Assembly: GCA_944358125.1 (NCBI GenBank)
Contig: CALVQM010000001.1
Location: 1 to 51,312, forward strand
Direction of reading: 5' to 3'
Source: an uncultured Bacilli bacterium
GTDB lineage: Bacteria > Bacillota_I > Bacilli_A > RF39 > UBA660
Length of the DNA: 51,312 nt
Below are positions 1 to 7,942 of this stretch, piece by piece (the stretch's first letter is position 1; every line of letters starts with the position of its first letter). Made by a program: the position numbers and the translations under genes. Under the pieces are notes generated by a model. That model saw only the letters and a program-made list of their open reading frames with translations, was not told where the DNA came from and ran no database searches.

Positions 1-38
1 ATATAATAACACTACTAATTCTTTATGTCTATTTTTAA

Positions 39-740
39 TTAACGATTTTTCATTATCTTGTCATAACTTCTAGGATATATTTCTTTAGTTTTTTTATTCT
101 TTTGGACAATTACTAAAGAACGATTACTTCCTTCTATTGGTAAATTAAATTTAATAGTATCAACAATTGTACTATCTAGTTTTTCTAATATTTTGGCACT
201 TTCTTTAATCTCTTCTTCACTTAAGCCTTTCATAGCAATTAATTTACCACCTACTTTTAAATAGGGAATTGATAATTCTAATAAAATACGAAGATGGGCT
301 ACAGCACGAGAAGTTACTATATCAAAGTATTCCCGGTAAGTTTTGGGTAAGTTTTCAGCTCGAGAATTAATACAAGTAACATTTTTTAAATTTAATTCTT
401 TGATAACTACTTCTAAAAATGCTATTTTTTTATGGTTAGAATCTAGTAAGGTTAGTTCAAGATCAGGATAAAATATTCTTAATACTATACCTGGAAAACC
501 AGCTCCAGTACCAATATCTAATAATTTTAAATTACCATTTAAAGAATACGCCTTTATAAGTGTTAGTGAGTCATAAAAATGTTTTAAATATATTTCTTCA
601 TCAGATTTAATGGCTGTTAAATTAAATTTTTTGTTATATTCTACTAGTAAATCTTTATATTTAGCTAAAGATGCTAAATTCTCTTTGGTAACTGAAATAT
701 TTAATTTTTCTACTTCTTTGATAAATGTTTCTATATTCAT
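39..740 (-). CDS. rsmG: 16S rRNA (guanine527-N7)-methyltransferase RsmG/GidB
   Basis: 233 aa with SAM-binding LLDIGTGAGFPGI motif. Lies directly downstream of mnmG, the classic mnmE-mnmG-rsmG order. Confidence 0.9.
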   Translation of the reverse strand: MNIETFIKEVEKLNISVTKENLASLAKYKDLLVEYNKKFNLTAIKSDEEIYLKHFYDSLTLIKAYSLNGNLKLLDIGTGAGFPGIVLRIFYPDLELTLLDSNHKKIAFLEVVIKELNLKNVTCINSRAENLPKTYREYFDIVTSRAVAHLRILLELSIPYLKVGGKLIAMKGLSEEEIKESAKILEKLDSTIVDTIKFNLPIEGSNRSLVIVQKNKKTKEIYPRSYDKIMKNR

Positions 741-749
741 ACAAACTCC

Positions 750-2606
750 TTATTTATCATATTTTTTCTTTAAGTATACTGTAAGTATCGCAATATCAGA
801 TGGGTTAACACCACTAATCCGAGTGGCTTGACCAATAGATATTGGTTTGATATCCTTTAATTTTTGTCTTGCTTCACTAGCTAGATTTAGAATATCATCA
901 TAATTAATATCTTTAGGTATTAGTTTTTCTTCTAATTTTTTAGCTTTTTCAGCTTCTTTATAAACTTTAGCGATATAGCCTTCATATTTAATTTCTATTT
1001 CTACTTCTTCTAATATATCTTCTCTATAGTCTAGTGGTATTATCTTTTTTATAATACCCATATTTATTTCAGGGCGTTTTAAGAATAAATAAAAATTAGT
1101 ACTAAAAGAAGGTATTTCAATGTTTAGACTTGTTAATAAATCTTTAGTTTCTGCATTCAATTTTAAGTTATTATTTCTTAAAATATTTTTAACTTCATTA
1201 ATTAAAGCTTCTTTTTCTTTTAGTTTATTAAATCTTTCTTCATCAATAGTACCATGATGATAGCCTATAGCTCTTAAACGTAAATCTGCATTATCATGGC
1301 GAAGAAGTAAGCGATATTCAGCTCGTGAGGTAAGCATACGATATGGTTCTTTAGTGCCTTTGGTTACTAAATCATCAATTAAAACACCAATGTAGGCTTC
1401 ATCCCTTCTTAAAATTAAGGGTTCTAATCCTTTTAATTTATGATGAGCATTAATACCCGCGATAAGTCCTTGAGCAGCAGCTTCTTCATAACCACTTGTC
1501 CCATTTATTTGACCAGCAGTAAATAAATTTTCAATTATTTTATTTTCTAGGCTGGTATTCATTTGGAGAGGGTTTAGAGCATCGTATTCAATAGCATAAG
1601 CATATTTACTAATTATAGCATTTTCTAATCCTTCTAGAGAATGAACCATATCCTCTTGAACACTTTTTGGCATAGAAGTAGAAAAGCCTTGTAAATACCA
1701 TTCATCATAGTAAATGCTTTCAGGTTCTAAAAATAATTGATGACGTTCTTTATCACTAAAACGAACTAATTTGTCTTCAATAGATGGACAATATCTTGGA
1801 CCTACTCCGGTTACATATCCACCATACATCGCTGATTTTTCTAAGTTATTTCTAATTATTTCGTGAGTTTTGGCATTAGTATATAAAAGATAACACTTTT
1901 GTTGTTCATTTATTTTGTAAAAAGGAGGATTATCAAAACTAAAAGTATAATATTTATTATCACCATTTTCCTCTTGCATTTTACTAAAATCAATAGATTC
2001 TTTTTTTATTCGAGGTGGTGTACCAGTTTTTAGTCTTTGAATATCTAAACCTAATCTTTTTAAGTTATCACTTAAGTTGTTACTTCTTGCTTCTCCATGT
2101 GGTCCACCGGGAGTATTTTCACTTCCAATTAAAATATTGGCTTTTAAATAAGTTCCGGTAGTTAGGATAGCACTTTTACTTTCAATCTTACTTTGATCAT
2201 TTAAAATTACGCCTTTTACCTTATTATTTTCAATTATTAAATCTTCTACCATACCTTCTTTGATTGTTAAGTTAGGAGTGCTATTTAAAAATTCTAACAT
2301 TACTTTAGGGTATGTTACTTTATCAGCTTGAGCACGTAAGCTTCTTACAGCTGGACCTTTACCATTATTTAACATCTTGATTTGAAAATGGGTACGATCA
2401 GCAACCTTGCCCATAATGCCACCTAGAGCATCTATCTCTCTTACAATAATACCTTTGGCTGTTCCACCAATAGATGGATTACAGGGCATGTCTGCAATAT
2501 TATTCTTGTTGGCTGTTATAAGAAGAGTTTTTAAGCCTAAATAAGCACCAATATGGGCAGCTTCACAACCAGCATGACCACCACCTACTACGATTAAATC
2601 ATACAT
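750..2606 (-). CDS. mnmG: tRNA uridine 5-carboxymethylaminomethyl modification enzyme MnmG/GidA
   Basis: N-terminal FAD motif DLIVVGGGHAGCEAA and a long GidA-type body. The track ORF starts at 2615 (GTG). The ATG at 2606 (MYDLIVVGGG) is the more likely start. Confidence 0.92.
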   Translation of the reverse strand: MYDLIVVGGGHAGCEAAHIGAYLGLKTLLITANKNNIADMPCNPSIGGTAKGIIVREIDALGGIMGKVADRTHFQIKMLNNGKGPAVRSLRAQADKVTYPKVMLEFLNSTPNLTIKEGMVEDLIIENNKVKGVILNDQSKIESKSAILTTGTYLKANILIGSENTPGGPHGEARSNNLSDNLKRLGLDIQRLKTGTPPRIKKESIDFSKMQEENGDNKYYTFSFDNPPFYKINEQQKCYLLYTNAKTHEIIRNNLEKSAMYGGYVTGVGPRYCPSIEDKLVRFSDKERHQLFLEPESIYYDEWYLQGFSTSMPKSVQEDMVHSLEGLENAIISKYAYAIEYDALNPLQMNTSLENKIIENLFTAGQINGTSGYEEAAAQGLIAGINAHHKLKGLEPLILRRDEAYIGVLIDDLVTKGTKEPYRMLTSRAEYRLLLRHDNADLRLRAIGYHHGTIDEERFNKLKEKEALINEVKNILRNNNLKLNAETKDLLTSLNIEIPSFSTNFYLFLKRPEINMGIIKKIIPLDYREDILEEVEIEIKYEGYIAKVYKEAEKAKKLEEKLIPKDINYDDILNLASEARQKLKDIKPISIGQATRISGVNPSDIAILTVYLKKKYDK

Positions 2607-2614
2607 AAATATCA

Positions 2615-3961
2615 CTACTTTCCTAAACAGAACTTACTAAATAGCGTATCTAATAGTTCATCTTGATAAGATTCACCGGTTATTTCACCAAGTAAATCCC
2701 AAGCTTTTTTAATATCAATGGCAATCATATCGACCGGAAGTTTACTACTTACGTTATTTAAAGCTTGGTCAATACTATTTAAGGCTTCATTAAGCAAGCC
2801 TATTTCTCTAGCACTTGATACTACTTCTAGGTTACTGTTATTAATACGTTCTAAATCAAATAATTCTCCTATTTTATCTTTTAATTTATCTAAACCATTT
2901 AAATCTACGGTATTGCCTTTTACAATATCATCTTTAGCAATTTTTAATTTGGTTGGTAAATCACTTTTATTAATGAAAGTTATGTGGGTTTTGTCTTTAA
3001 TTTTTTCCATAATTTCTTGATCTTCTTCTGTTAATGTCTCATTATTATTTAAGACATGAATTACAAGGTCAGATTCGTCTATTACTTTTAATGATTTATC
3101 AACGCCTATTTTTTCGACTACATCTTTTGTTTTTCTAATACCGGCGGTATCAATAAATTTTAGGGCAATGCCTTTTAGTTCAACTTCACCTTCCACAATA
3201 TCTCGAGTTGTACCAGCAATATCAGTTACAATAGCTTTGTTTTTATTTAATAAGGCATTTAAAATACTACTTTTTCCGACATTAGGACGACCTACAATAG
3301 CAACTTTGATACCATTCTCAACAATTTTACCGATTTTCCCTTCTTCAATTAAACTTTCTAATTCTTTTTTGATTTCCTTTAATTTGGGTGGAAGATTTTC
3401 TAAAGTTATTTCAAGGGCATCTTCGTATTCAGGAAAATCAATATTTACTTCAATATTAGCAAGAAGCTCAACAATAATTTCTCTTACGTTATTGATTTTT
3501 TTAGATACTTTACCACTTAAAGTATTAAGAGCTAATTTACGTTCCAAGTCGGTACGAGATTTAATTATACTGTTTACAGCTTGGGCTTCAGTTAAATCAA
3601 GGCGGCCATTTAAAAAAGCTCTTTTTGTAAATTCCCCTGGTTCGGCTAAACGAATGCCATTTGCAATTAATATTTCCAAGATTTTTTTGGTTGTTGAAAT
3701 TCCTCCATGAGAGTTAATTTCTACAATATCTTCTTTAGTATAAGTTTTTGGTGCTTTTAGGATGGTTACTAAAACTTCATCAATAACCTCACCATTGTTT
3801 ATAATATGGCCATAATGTATAGTGTGACTTTTTACTTCATTTAAGTTTTTGCCATCAAAAAGATTAGCAACTTTACTAATTGCCTCTTCCCCACTTACTC
3901 TAATAATAGATATAGCTCCTACTCCTAGAGCAGTTGATATTGCACAAATTGTATCATCCAT
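2615..3961 (-). CDS. mnmE: tRNA modification GTPase MnmE/TrmE
   Basis: 448 aa with G-domain motifs GRPNVGKSS and DTAGIR and the C-terminal FCLGK tail typical of MnmE. Confidence 0.92.
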   Translation of the reverse strand: MDDTICAISTALGVGAISIIRVSGEEAISKVANLFDGKNLNEVKSHTIHYGHIINNGEVIDEVLVTILKAPKTYTKEDIVEINSHGGISTTKKILEILIANGIRLAEPGEFTKRAFLNGRLDLTEAQAVNSIIKSRTDLERKLALNTLSGKVSKKINNVREIIVELLANIEVNIDFPEYEDALEITLENLPPKLKEIKKELESLIEEGKIGKIVENGIKVAIVGRPNVGKSSILNALLNKNKAIVTDIAGTTRDIVEGEVELKGIALKFIDTAGIRKTKDVVEKIGVDKSLKVIDESDLVIHVLNNNETLTEEDQEIMEKIKDKTHITFINKSDLPTKLKIAKDDIVKGNTVDLNGLDKLKDKIGELFDLERINNSNLEVVSSAREIGLLNEALNSIDQALNNVSSKLPVDMIAIDIKKAWDLLGEITGESYQDELLDTLFSKFCLGK

Positions 3962-3988
3962 AAAAAGTCACTCCTTTTAAGCGACTAT

Positions 3989-4017
3989 ATTATAGCAAAT
4001 AATTGAAGATTTAGCAA
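3989..4017 (-). promoter_or_regulatory. sigma-A type promoter of mnmE
   Basis: On the minus strand: TTGCTA, 17 nt, TATAAT, about 28 nt upstream of the mnmE ATG. Back-to-back with the sRNA promoter at 4026. Confidence 0.55.
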
Positions 4018-4060
4018 TTTTTTGCTTGTCAAAGATTATGATAAATTATATAATAAATAT

Positions 4061-4134
4061 GTAAGTGTTATCCATTTGGTGGATAGTGCCTGCTTTGTGG
4101 TCGACGCTATGCCTTATGGCTAGCGACTTTTTTT
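4061..4134 (+). ncRNA. antitoxin-like small RNA, repeat copy 1
   Basis: Own promoter TTGTCA(4026)-17 nt-TATAAT(4049). The transcript would start at the conserved GTAAGTGTTATC. It has a 5' hairpin (TTATCCA/TGGATA) and a GC-rich terminator hairpin (CGCTAtGCC/GGCTAGCG) followed by a T7 run. About 80% identical to copies at 4921 and 48322. Confidence 0.6.
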
Positions 4135-4164
4135 ATGTTCGTCTCTAATAATAGAGATTAGCAT
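4120..4164 (-). pseudogene. 5'-deleted remnant of the type I toxin-like peptide gene (copy 1)
   Basis: Encodes only MLISIIRDEHKKSR*, which aligns to the C-terminal half of the 26-aa peptide at 48381..48461. The about 100-nt 5' UTR, the SD and the first codons are missing. The promoter-like TTGCTT/TATAAT is fused directly onto the ATTATAATAATT codons. Confidence 0.5.
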
Positions 4165-4228
4165 AATTATTATAATAAACAAATACTTAAAAAAAGCAAA
4201 GAGAAGCGTTCGACAAAATTCCGATATC

Positions 4229-4852
4229 TTATCTTATCCTATGCTGGCAATCATTAAAACCATAAACTGAACTTTGATAATTTCTGTTAAAGAGGTCTAT
4301 TGCAAAAGCTTCACCATATCTTGAAGACTTTTTTATCATAAAGGCTCTAAATCTTTCAGGATCATATTTTTCAACGTTAAAATATTCTTCATGTCTATAG
4401 AGGGAAAAAAATAAATCTGTTAAATCTAAATCTATTAATGTATTTATGCCATTTTGTAAGGCCTTCTCACCTATTCTTTTTACACAATCTTGGGCATGAT
4501 ATCCACCTATAACTAGTTCCTCTGCTTCACCTAATTGATTAATGATTAGCTGTTCATTTGGATATTTGACTTCTTCTCCAGTATTTATACCTTTATTACT
4601 GACTGCTTCATTAAAAGTAACATCTGTAAAAATAATTTTGTCATCCTTTTTAGGTGTTATACCAAATATCTCTTTGTCTGGATAAAGAATATAAACAACT
4701 TGATATCCTTTATCACGATATCTTTTCTCTATGGCTTCATTTAACACATCAAAAGGCCTTTTAAAATTGTTGGCATCATAATATTCATTTCCCAAAAAGA
4801 AAACATTTGCGAATTCTTTAATGGGATAAAGATAGAGAAAAATTTTATTCAT
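4229..4852 (-). CDS. hypothetical protein, 207 aa (weak isochorismatase/cysteine-hydrolase-like pattern)
   Basis: Clean ORF with SD GAGG 9 nt upstream. The LVIGGYHAQDCVKRIGEKALQNGINTLIDLDLT segment resembles the isochorismatase-fold core. The family assignment is only a visual impression. Confidence 0.3.
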   Translation of the reverse strand: MNKIFLYLYPIKEFANVFFLGNEYYDANNFKRPFDVLNEAIEKRYRDKGYQVVYILYPDKEIFGITPKKDDKIIFTDVTFNEAVSNKGINTGEEVKYPNEQLIINQLGEAEELVIGGYHAQDCVKRIGEKALQNGINTLIDLDLTDLFFSLYRHEEYFNVEKYDPERFRAFMIKKSSRYGEAFAIDLFNRNYQSSVYGFNDCQHRIR

Positions 4853-4920
4853 TACATTAACCTCACTTTTCTATATTAATTAATCTTGAAATAATTTGTT
4901 TTATAGCATATAATAAGTAT

Positions 4921-4992
4921 GTAAGTGTTATCTGCTTCGTGGATAACGCCTACTTTGTGGTCGACGCTATGCCTTAAGCTAGCGTCTTTTTT
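4921..4992 (+). ncRNA. antitoxin-like small RNA, repeat copy 2
   Basis: Promoter TTGAAA(4886)-17 nt-TATAAT(4909). Same GTAAGTGTTATC start, 5' hairpin GTTATC/GATAAC and terminator hairpin plus T-run as copies 1 and 3. Confidence 0.6.
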
Positions 4993-4993
4993 C

Positions 4994-5065
4994 CTAAATT
5001 GATTTCAGTAAAACTAAAACAAGTAGGATTATTATAATGTATAAGTACTGTTTTTCCTTATCCAT
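4994..5065 (-). CDS. type I toxin-like hydrophobic peptide, 23 aa (MDKEKQYLYIIIILLVLVLLKSI)
   Basis: SD AGGTGA 6 nt upstream of the ATG. Promoter TTGCTT(5188-5193)-17 nt-TATAAT(5165-5170) gives a leader of about 95 nt. Convergent with the sRNA. A TAG stop precedes the conserved basic tail (EKRR*) seen in copy 3. Confidence 0.5.
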   Translation of the reverse strand: MDKEKQYLYIIIILLVLVLLKSI

Positions 5066-5230
5066 TTACATCACCTGCTTTCGATTAAACCCCCTGAATA
5101 AATCAGTAGTTTAAACTACTTACAAAATGAAGCAGGCGCTACCACCAGTAAATAACGATTATTTATTATAAAGCAAATACTTTAAAAAAGCAAGAAAAAG
5201 CGTTCGACAAAATTCGACGTTTATTTTTTG

Positions 5231-5257
5231 CAAAGAAAAACCAAGCGTATTGCTTGG
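5231..5257 (-). terminator. intrinsic terminator after rpsI
   Basis: Minus strand CCAAGCAATACGCTTGG hairpin followed by TTTTTCTTT. Confidence 0.7.
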
Positions 5258-5271
5258 AATAAGAAAACATA

Positions 5272-5688
5272 TTAACGCTTTGAGAATTGTGGAGCACGAC
5301 GAGCTTTTTTAAGTCCGTATTTTTTACGTTCTTTTACTCTAGCATCTCTTGTTAAGAAACCGTTAGCTTTTAAAATTTTACGATAAGAATCTTCTCTTGT
5401 TTGATCAGTATTCTCATCAAATTTTAATAGGGCTCTTGCTATACCTAAACGAATTGCTCCTGCTTGACCTGAATATCCTCCACCGTTTACAGTAATATCA
5501 ATATCAAAACGATTTAAATTATCTGTAACAGCTAGTGGTTGTTTTAAATCCATAACTAGGATTGCATTTGGGAAATATTCGTTTACATCAACACCGTTAA
5601 CAACGATATTTCCTGTTCCACCAGTAATTCTTACTTGGGCAGAACTACTTTTACGACGACCGGTTGCGGTCCATACTTGTTTAGCCAT
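5272..5688 (-). CDS. rpsI: 30S ribosomal protein S9
   Basis: 138 aa with the GGG(Y)SGQAGA motif and the C-terminal [12 protein letters not shown]. Preceded by SD GGAGG. Confidence 0.95.
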   Translation of the reverse strand: MAKQVWTATGRRKSSSAQVRITGGTGNIVVNGVDVNEYFPNAILVMDLKQPLAVTDNLNRFDIDITVNGGGYSGQAGAIRLGIARALLKFDENTDQTREDSYRKILKANGFLTRDARVKERKKYGLKKARRAPQFSKR

Positions 5689-5698
5689 TTAAATCCTC

Positions 5699-6130
5699 CT
5701 AATCAATATTTAGTACTGTAGGTTTTTGGGCTTCATGTTTATGTTCACTACCTGCATAAACAAATAATTTCTTGCCCATTGCTCTTCCTAAAGAATTATG
5801 TGGAAGCATACCTTTAACAGCTCTTTCTACCATTTCTTCTGGATATTTTTCGATCATTACTTTAGCAGATCTTTCTCTTAAGCCTCCTGGATAACCAGAG
5901 TGATTGTAATACATCTTATCTTCTAACTTATTACCAGTTAAATTAACTTTAGATGCATTAACAATGATAACATAATCTCCACAGTCAACTCCTGGAGTAT
6001 AAGTAGGCTTATGTTTACCTCTTAATATAGTAGCAGCTTTTGTAGCAACTCTACCAAGAGTTTTTCCTTCCGCATCAATTACGTACCATGAACGTTTTAC
6101 GTTTTCTTTTTTTTGCATGAATGTCTTCAT
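5699..6130 (-). CDS. rplM: 50S ribosomal protein L13
   Basis: 143 aa with [13 protein letters not shown] and GMLP motifs. Shows the rplM-rpsI pairing. Confidence 0.95.
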   Translation of the reverse strand: MKTFMQKKENVKRSWYVIDAEGKTLGRVATKAATILRGKHKPTYTPGVDCGDYVIIVNASKVNLTGNKLEDKMYYNHSGYPGGLRERSAKVMIEKYPEEMVERAVKGMLPHNSLGRAMGKKLFVYAGSEHKHEAQKPTVLNID

Positions 6131-6241
6131 ATATAATCCCTTTCATTTAGTCTTCCTTGCTTCCGCTTTCCCAGGGCATGGCAATTCCAACAAATAAAAT
6201 GTACCAGTTAAAATTATATGTAAAAACTAGTCATTTGTCAA
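6131..6241 (-). promoter_or_regulatory. rplM promoter plus about 75-nt structured leader (possible L13 autoregulatory leader)
   Basis: Minus strand TTGACA(6236-6241)-17 nt-TATAAT(6213-6218), followed by a GC-enriched leader (GCCATGCCCTGGGAAAGCGGAAGCAAGG) before SD AAAGGGA. Firmicute rplM operons are known to carry an L13 leader. The fold was not verified. Confidence 0.45.
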
Positions 6242-6258
6242 ATAGAAAATGAACTTTT

Positions 6259-6591
6259 TTAGCGTTTTGGACTAATTTCTTGGTTGTTTAGTAAAGTTTC
6301 TAGTTTTTCTATCTCTTTTGTTAGTTCTAAAATAACAGTTTTTTTAGCATTAGATGTCGTGAGTGGTGATACAGTATCTACATAAACTTTAGAAAAATGA
6401 ATTAAATTATTTAGTGTAGAAGTATCTATTTCACTTAATCTATTTTCTTCTATTACTACTATTAAAGCTTTGATGGCTTCCATTACTATATAAATCATAT
6501 CTATACTTTCAAATTTTTTCTTATTTCCGGTATGAATATTTTTAGCAAAAAAATAATATTTATCTAAAAAATTTTCGACACTATCTAACAT
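6259..6591 (-). CDS. hypothetical helical protein, 110 aa
   Basis: ORF overlapping the truA stop by 7 nt. No recognisable motif. Confidence 0.4.
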   Translation of the reverse strand: MLDSVENFLDKYYFFAKNIHTGNKKKFESIDMIYIVMEAIKALIVVIEENRLSEIDTSTLNNLIHFSKVYVDTVSPLTTSNAKKTVILELTKEIEKLETLLNNQEISPKR

Positions 6592-7322
6592 GTTCCCTCC
6601 TCATATTCTATTTTATTTAAATATAGACCATTTGGTATAGCTGTTTTAAATTGCTTTTTTATTTCTGGTGTAGCTAAAGACTTTTTAATTTCGTCTAAAC
6701 TAGCTTTGTTATTTGCTACATCTAACATAGCCCCTACTAGGTTTCTTACCATATACCGATAAAAACTTTTGCCAGTAAATTTAATTTCTAAAATATTATC
6801 TTTAATATGAAAATTAATATCATAAATAATACATTCATAATTTGGTCTTATACCAGATGTAAAATTTTTAAAGTTATGAATGCCTATAAATATTTTAGCA
6901 CATTCTTTCATTTTGTTAATATCTAATTTATAATTTGGTTGATAATAATAGTCAGTATATAGAGGATTATATTCTCCTATGTTTATTTTATAAATATATT
7001 CTTTTTTCACACAATTAAATCTAGGGTGAAAATTATTATTTACTATTTTAATATCTTTAATATAAATATATGGCGCTATAAGACTATTTAGAGCTCTTTT
7101 TAAATTATACTCTTTAATATTTATATCTAAATCAAAAGTTGCTTTGGCATCAAAGGCATGTACTCCTTTATCTGTTCTTCCAGCACCTTTTATTTTAATA
7201 TCTTTTTTGGCTATAATACTTAAGGCATCTTCTAATTTTTTTTGAATAGTTTCTTTATTTTTTAATCTTTGAAAGCCATAGAATTTAGAACCATCATAAG
7301 CCATACTTATTAAATATTTCAT
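6585..7322 (-). CDS. truA: tRNA pseudouridine(38-40) synthase TruA
   Basis: 245 aa with YDGSKFYGFQ and the catalytic GAGRTDKGVHA motif. Conserved position upstream of rplM. Confidence 0.92.
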   Translation of the reverse strand: MKYLISMAYDGSKFYGFQRLKNKETIQKKLEDALSIIAKKDIKIKGAGRTDKGVHAFDAKATFDLDINIKEYNLKRALNSLIAPYIYIKDIKIVNNNFHPRFNCVKKEYIYKINIGEYNPLYTDYYYQPNYKLDINKMKECAKIFIGIHNFKNFTSGIRPNYECIIYDINFHIKDNILEIKFTGKSFYRYMVRNLVGAMLDVANNKASLDEIKKSLATPEIKKQFKTAIPNGLYLNKIEYEEGTC

Positions 7323-7942
7323 TATTTTTGCTCCTTTAAGCGATATATGGCTTTTAATAAATCTTGAGTGTTTTTATAATTTTCAACATTTAAGCCTAAT
7401 TCTTTCATTAATTTAATAAATCTTATAATTTCGGGTTCATTAGCTTTATCTATAAATTCAAAGTATTTTTCTTTAGGAATAGTGTTAATAACAAAGTATT
7501 CGTCCACAATTAATAGTTCTTTTATATTATTCCATAAAACTGTAATATCATTGGTAAATAAAATTACGGTTCTTTGATAATCACTAGTCATTCTTTTCAT
7601 TAATCTTATGAAATAGTCTATTTCTTTGTGATTGAAACTCTTATCAAAATAATCTAATACTAAATAATCCTTGGCATCAATTAAAGCTTTGGCAAGAGAT
7701 ACTTTTTTTAATTCACCAATAGATAGATCATTAGCTTTTTTATCTATATAACTTTCATCTAATAATACCATTTTTAAGGAAGATTGAGCTTTGGGACTAT
7801 TTAAGTACTCACTAACTGTACCATTAAATTTATAGTCTGTTATAATGCTATAATTAGTGTTATTAGTTGTTAAATTAATATTACCCATTAAGCCATAAAT
7901 ATAACCTTTGGGTTTGTTTTCTAAAATTTTTGCTACTTCCAT
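7322..7942 (-). CDS. degenerate ABC-ATPase-like protein (EcfA-position paralog), 206 aa
   Basis: Recognisable ABC scaffold with the catalytic motifs replaced. Walker A is GLMGNINLTTN (no GKS/T). The signature is LSIGE. Walker B is LVLDYF. The H-loop is FTND. Occupies the ecfA slot upstream of truA. Confidence 0.6.
   Translation of the reverse strand: MEVAKILENKPKGYIYGLMGNINLTTNNTNYSIITDYKFNGTVSEYLNSPKAQSSLKMVLLDESYIDKKANDLSIGELKKVSLAKALIDAKDYLVLDYFDKSFNHKEIDYFIRLMKRMTSDYQRTVILFTNDITVLWNNIKELLIVDEYFVINTIPKEKYFEFIDKANEPEIIRFIKLMKELGLNVENYKNTQDLLKAIYRLKEQK

Noticed and set aside
2718-3710. Plus-strand ORFs of 100 and 180 aa (2718..3020, 3168..3710) inside mnmE
   Set aside because: They are antisense shadows of a well-supported gene. 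Their composition is low-complexity and Ser/Leu/Phe/Ile-rich, as expected from reverse-reading AT-rich codons, and they have no SD. The same reasoning applies to the other antisense track ORFs: 610..831, 9400..9582, 12367..12624, 13246..13572, 13852..14139, 15660..15878, 17749..18250, 28472..28810, 31339..32394, 33744..34544, 38305..38496, 39183..39665, 44232..44611 and 50262..50615.
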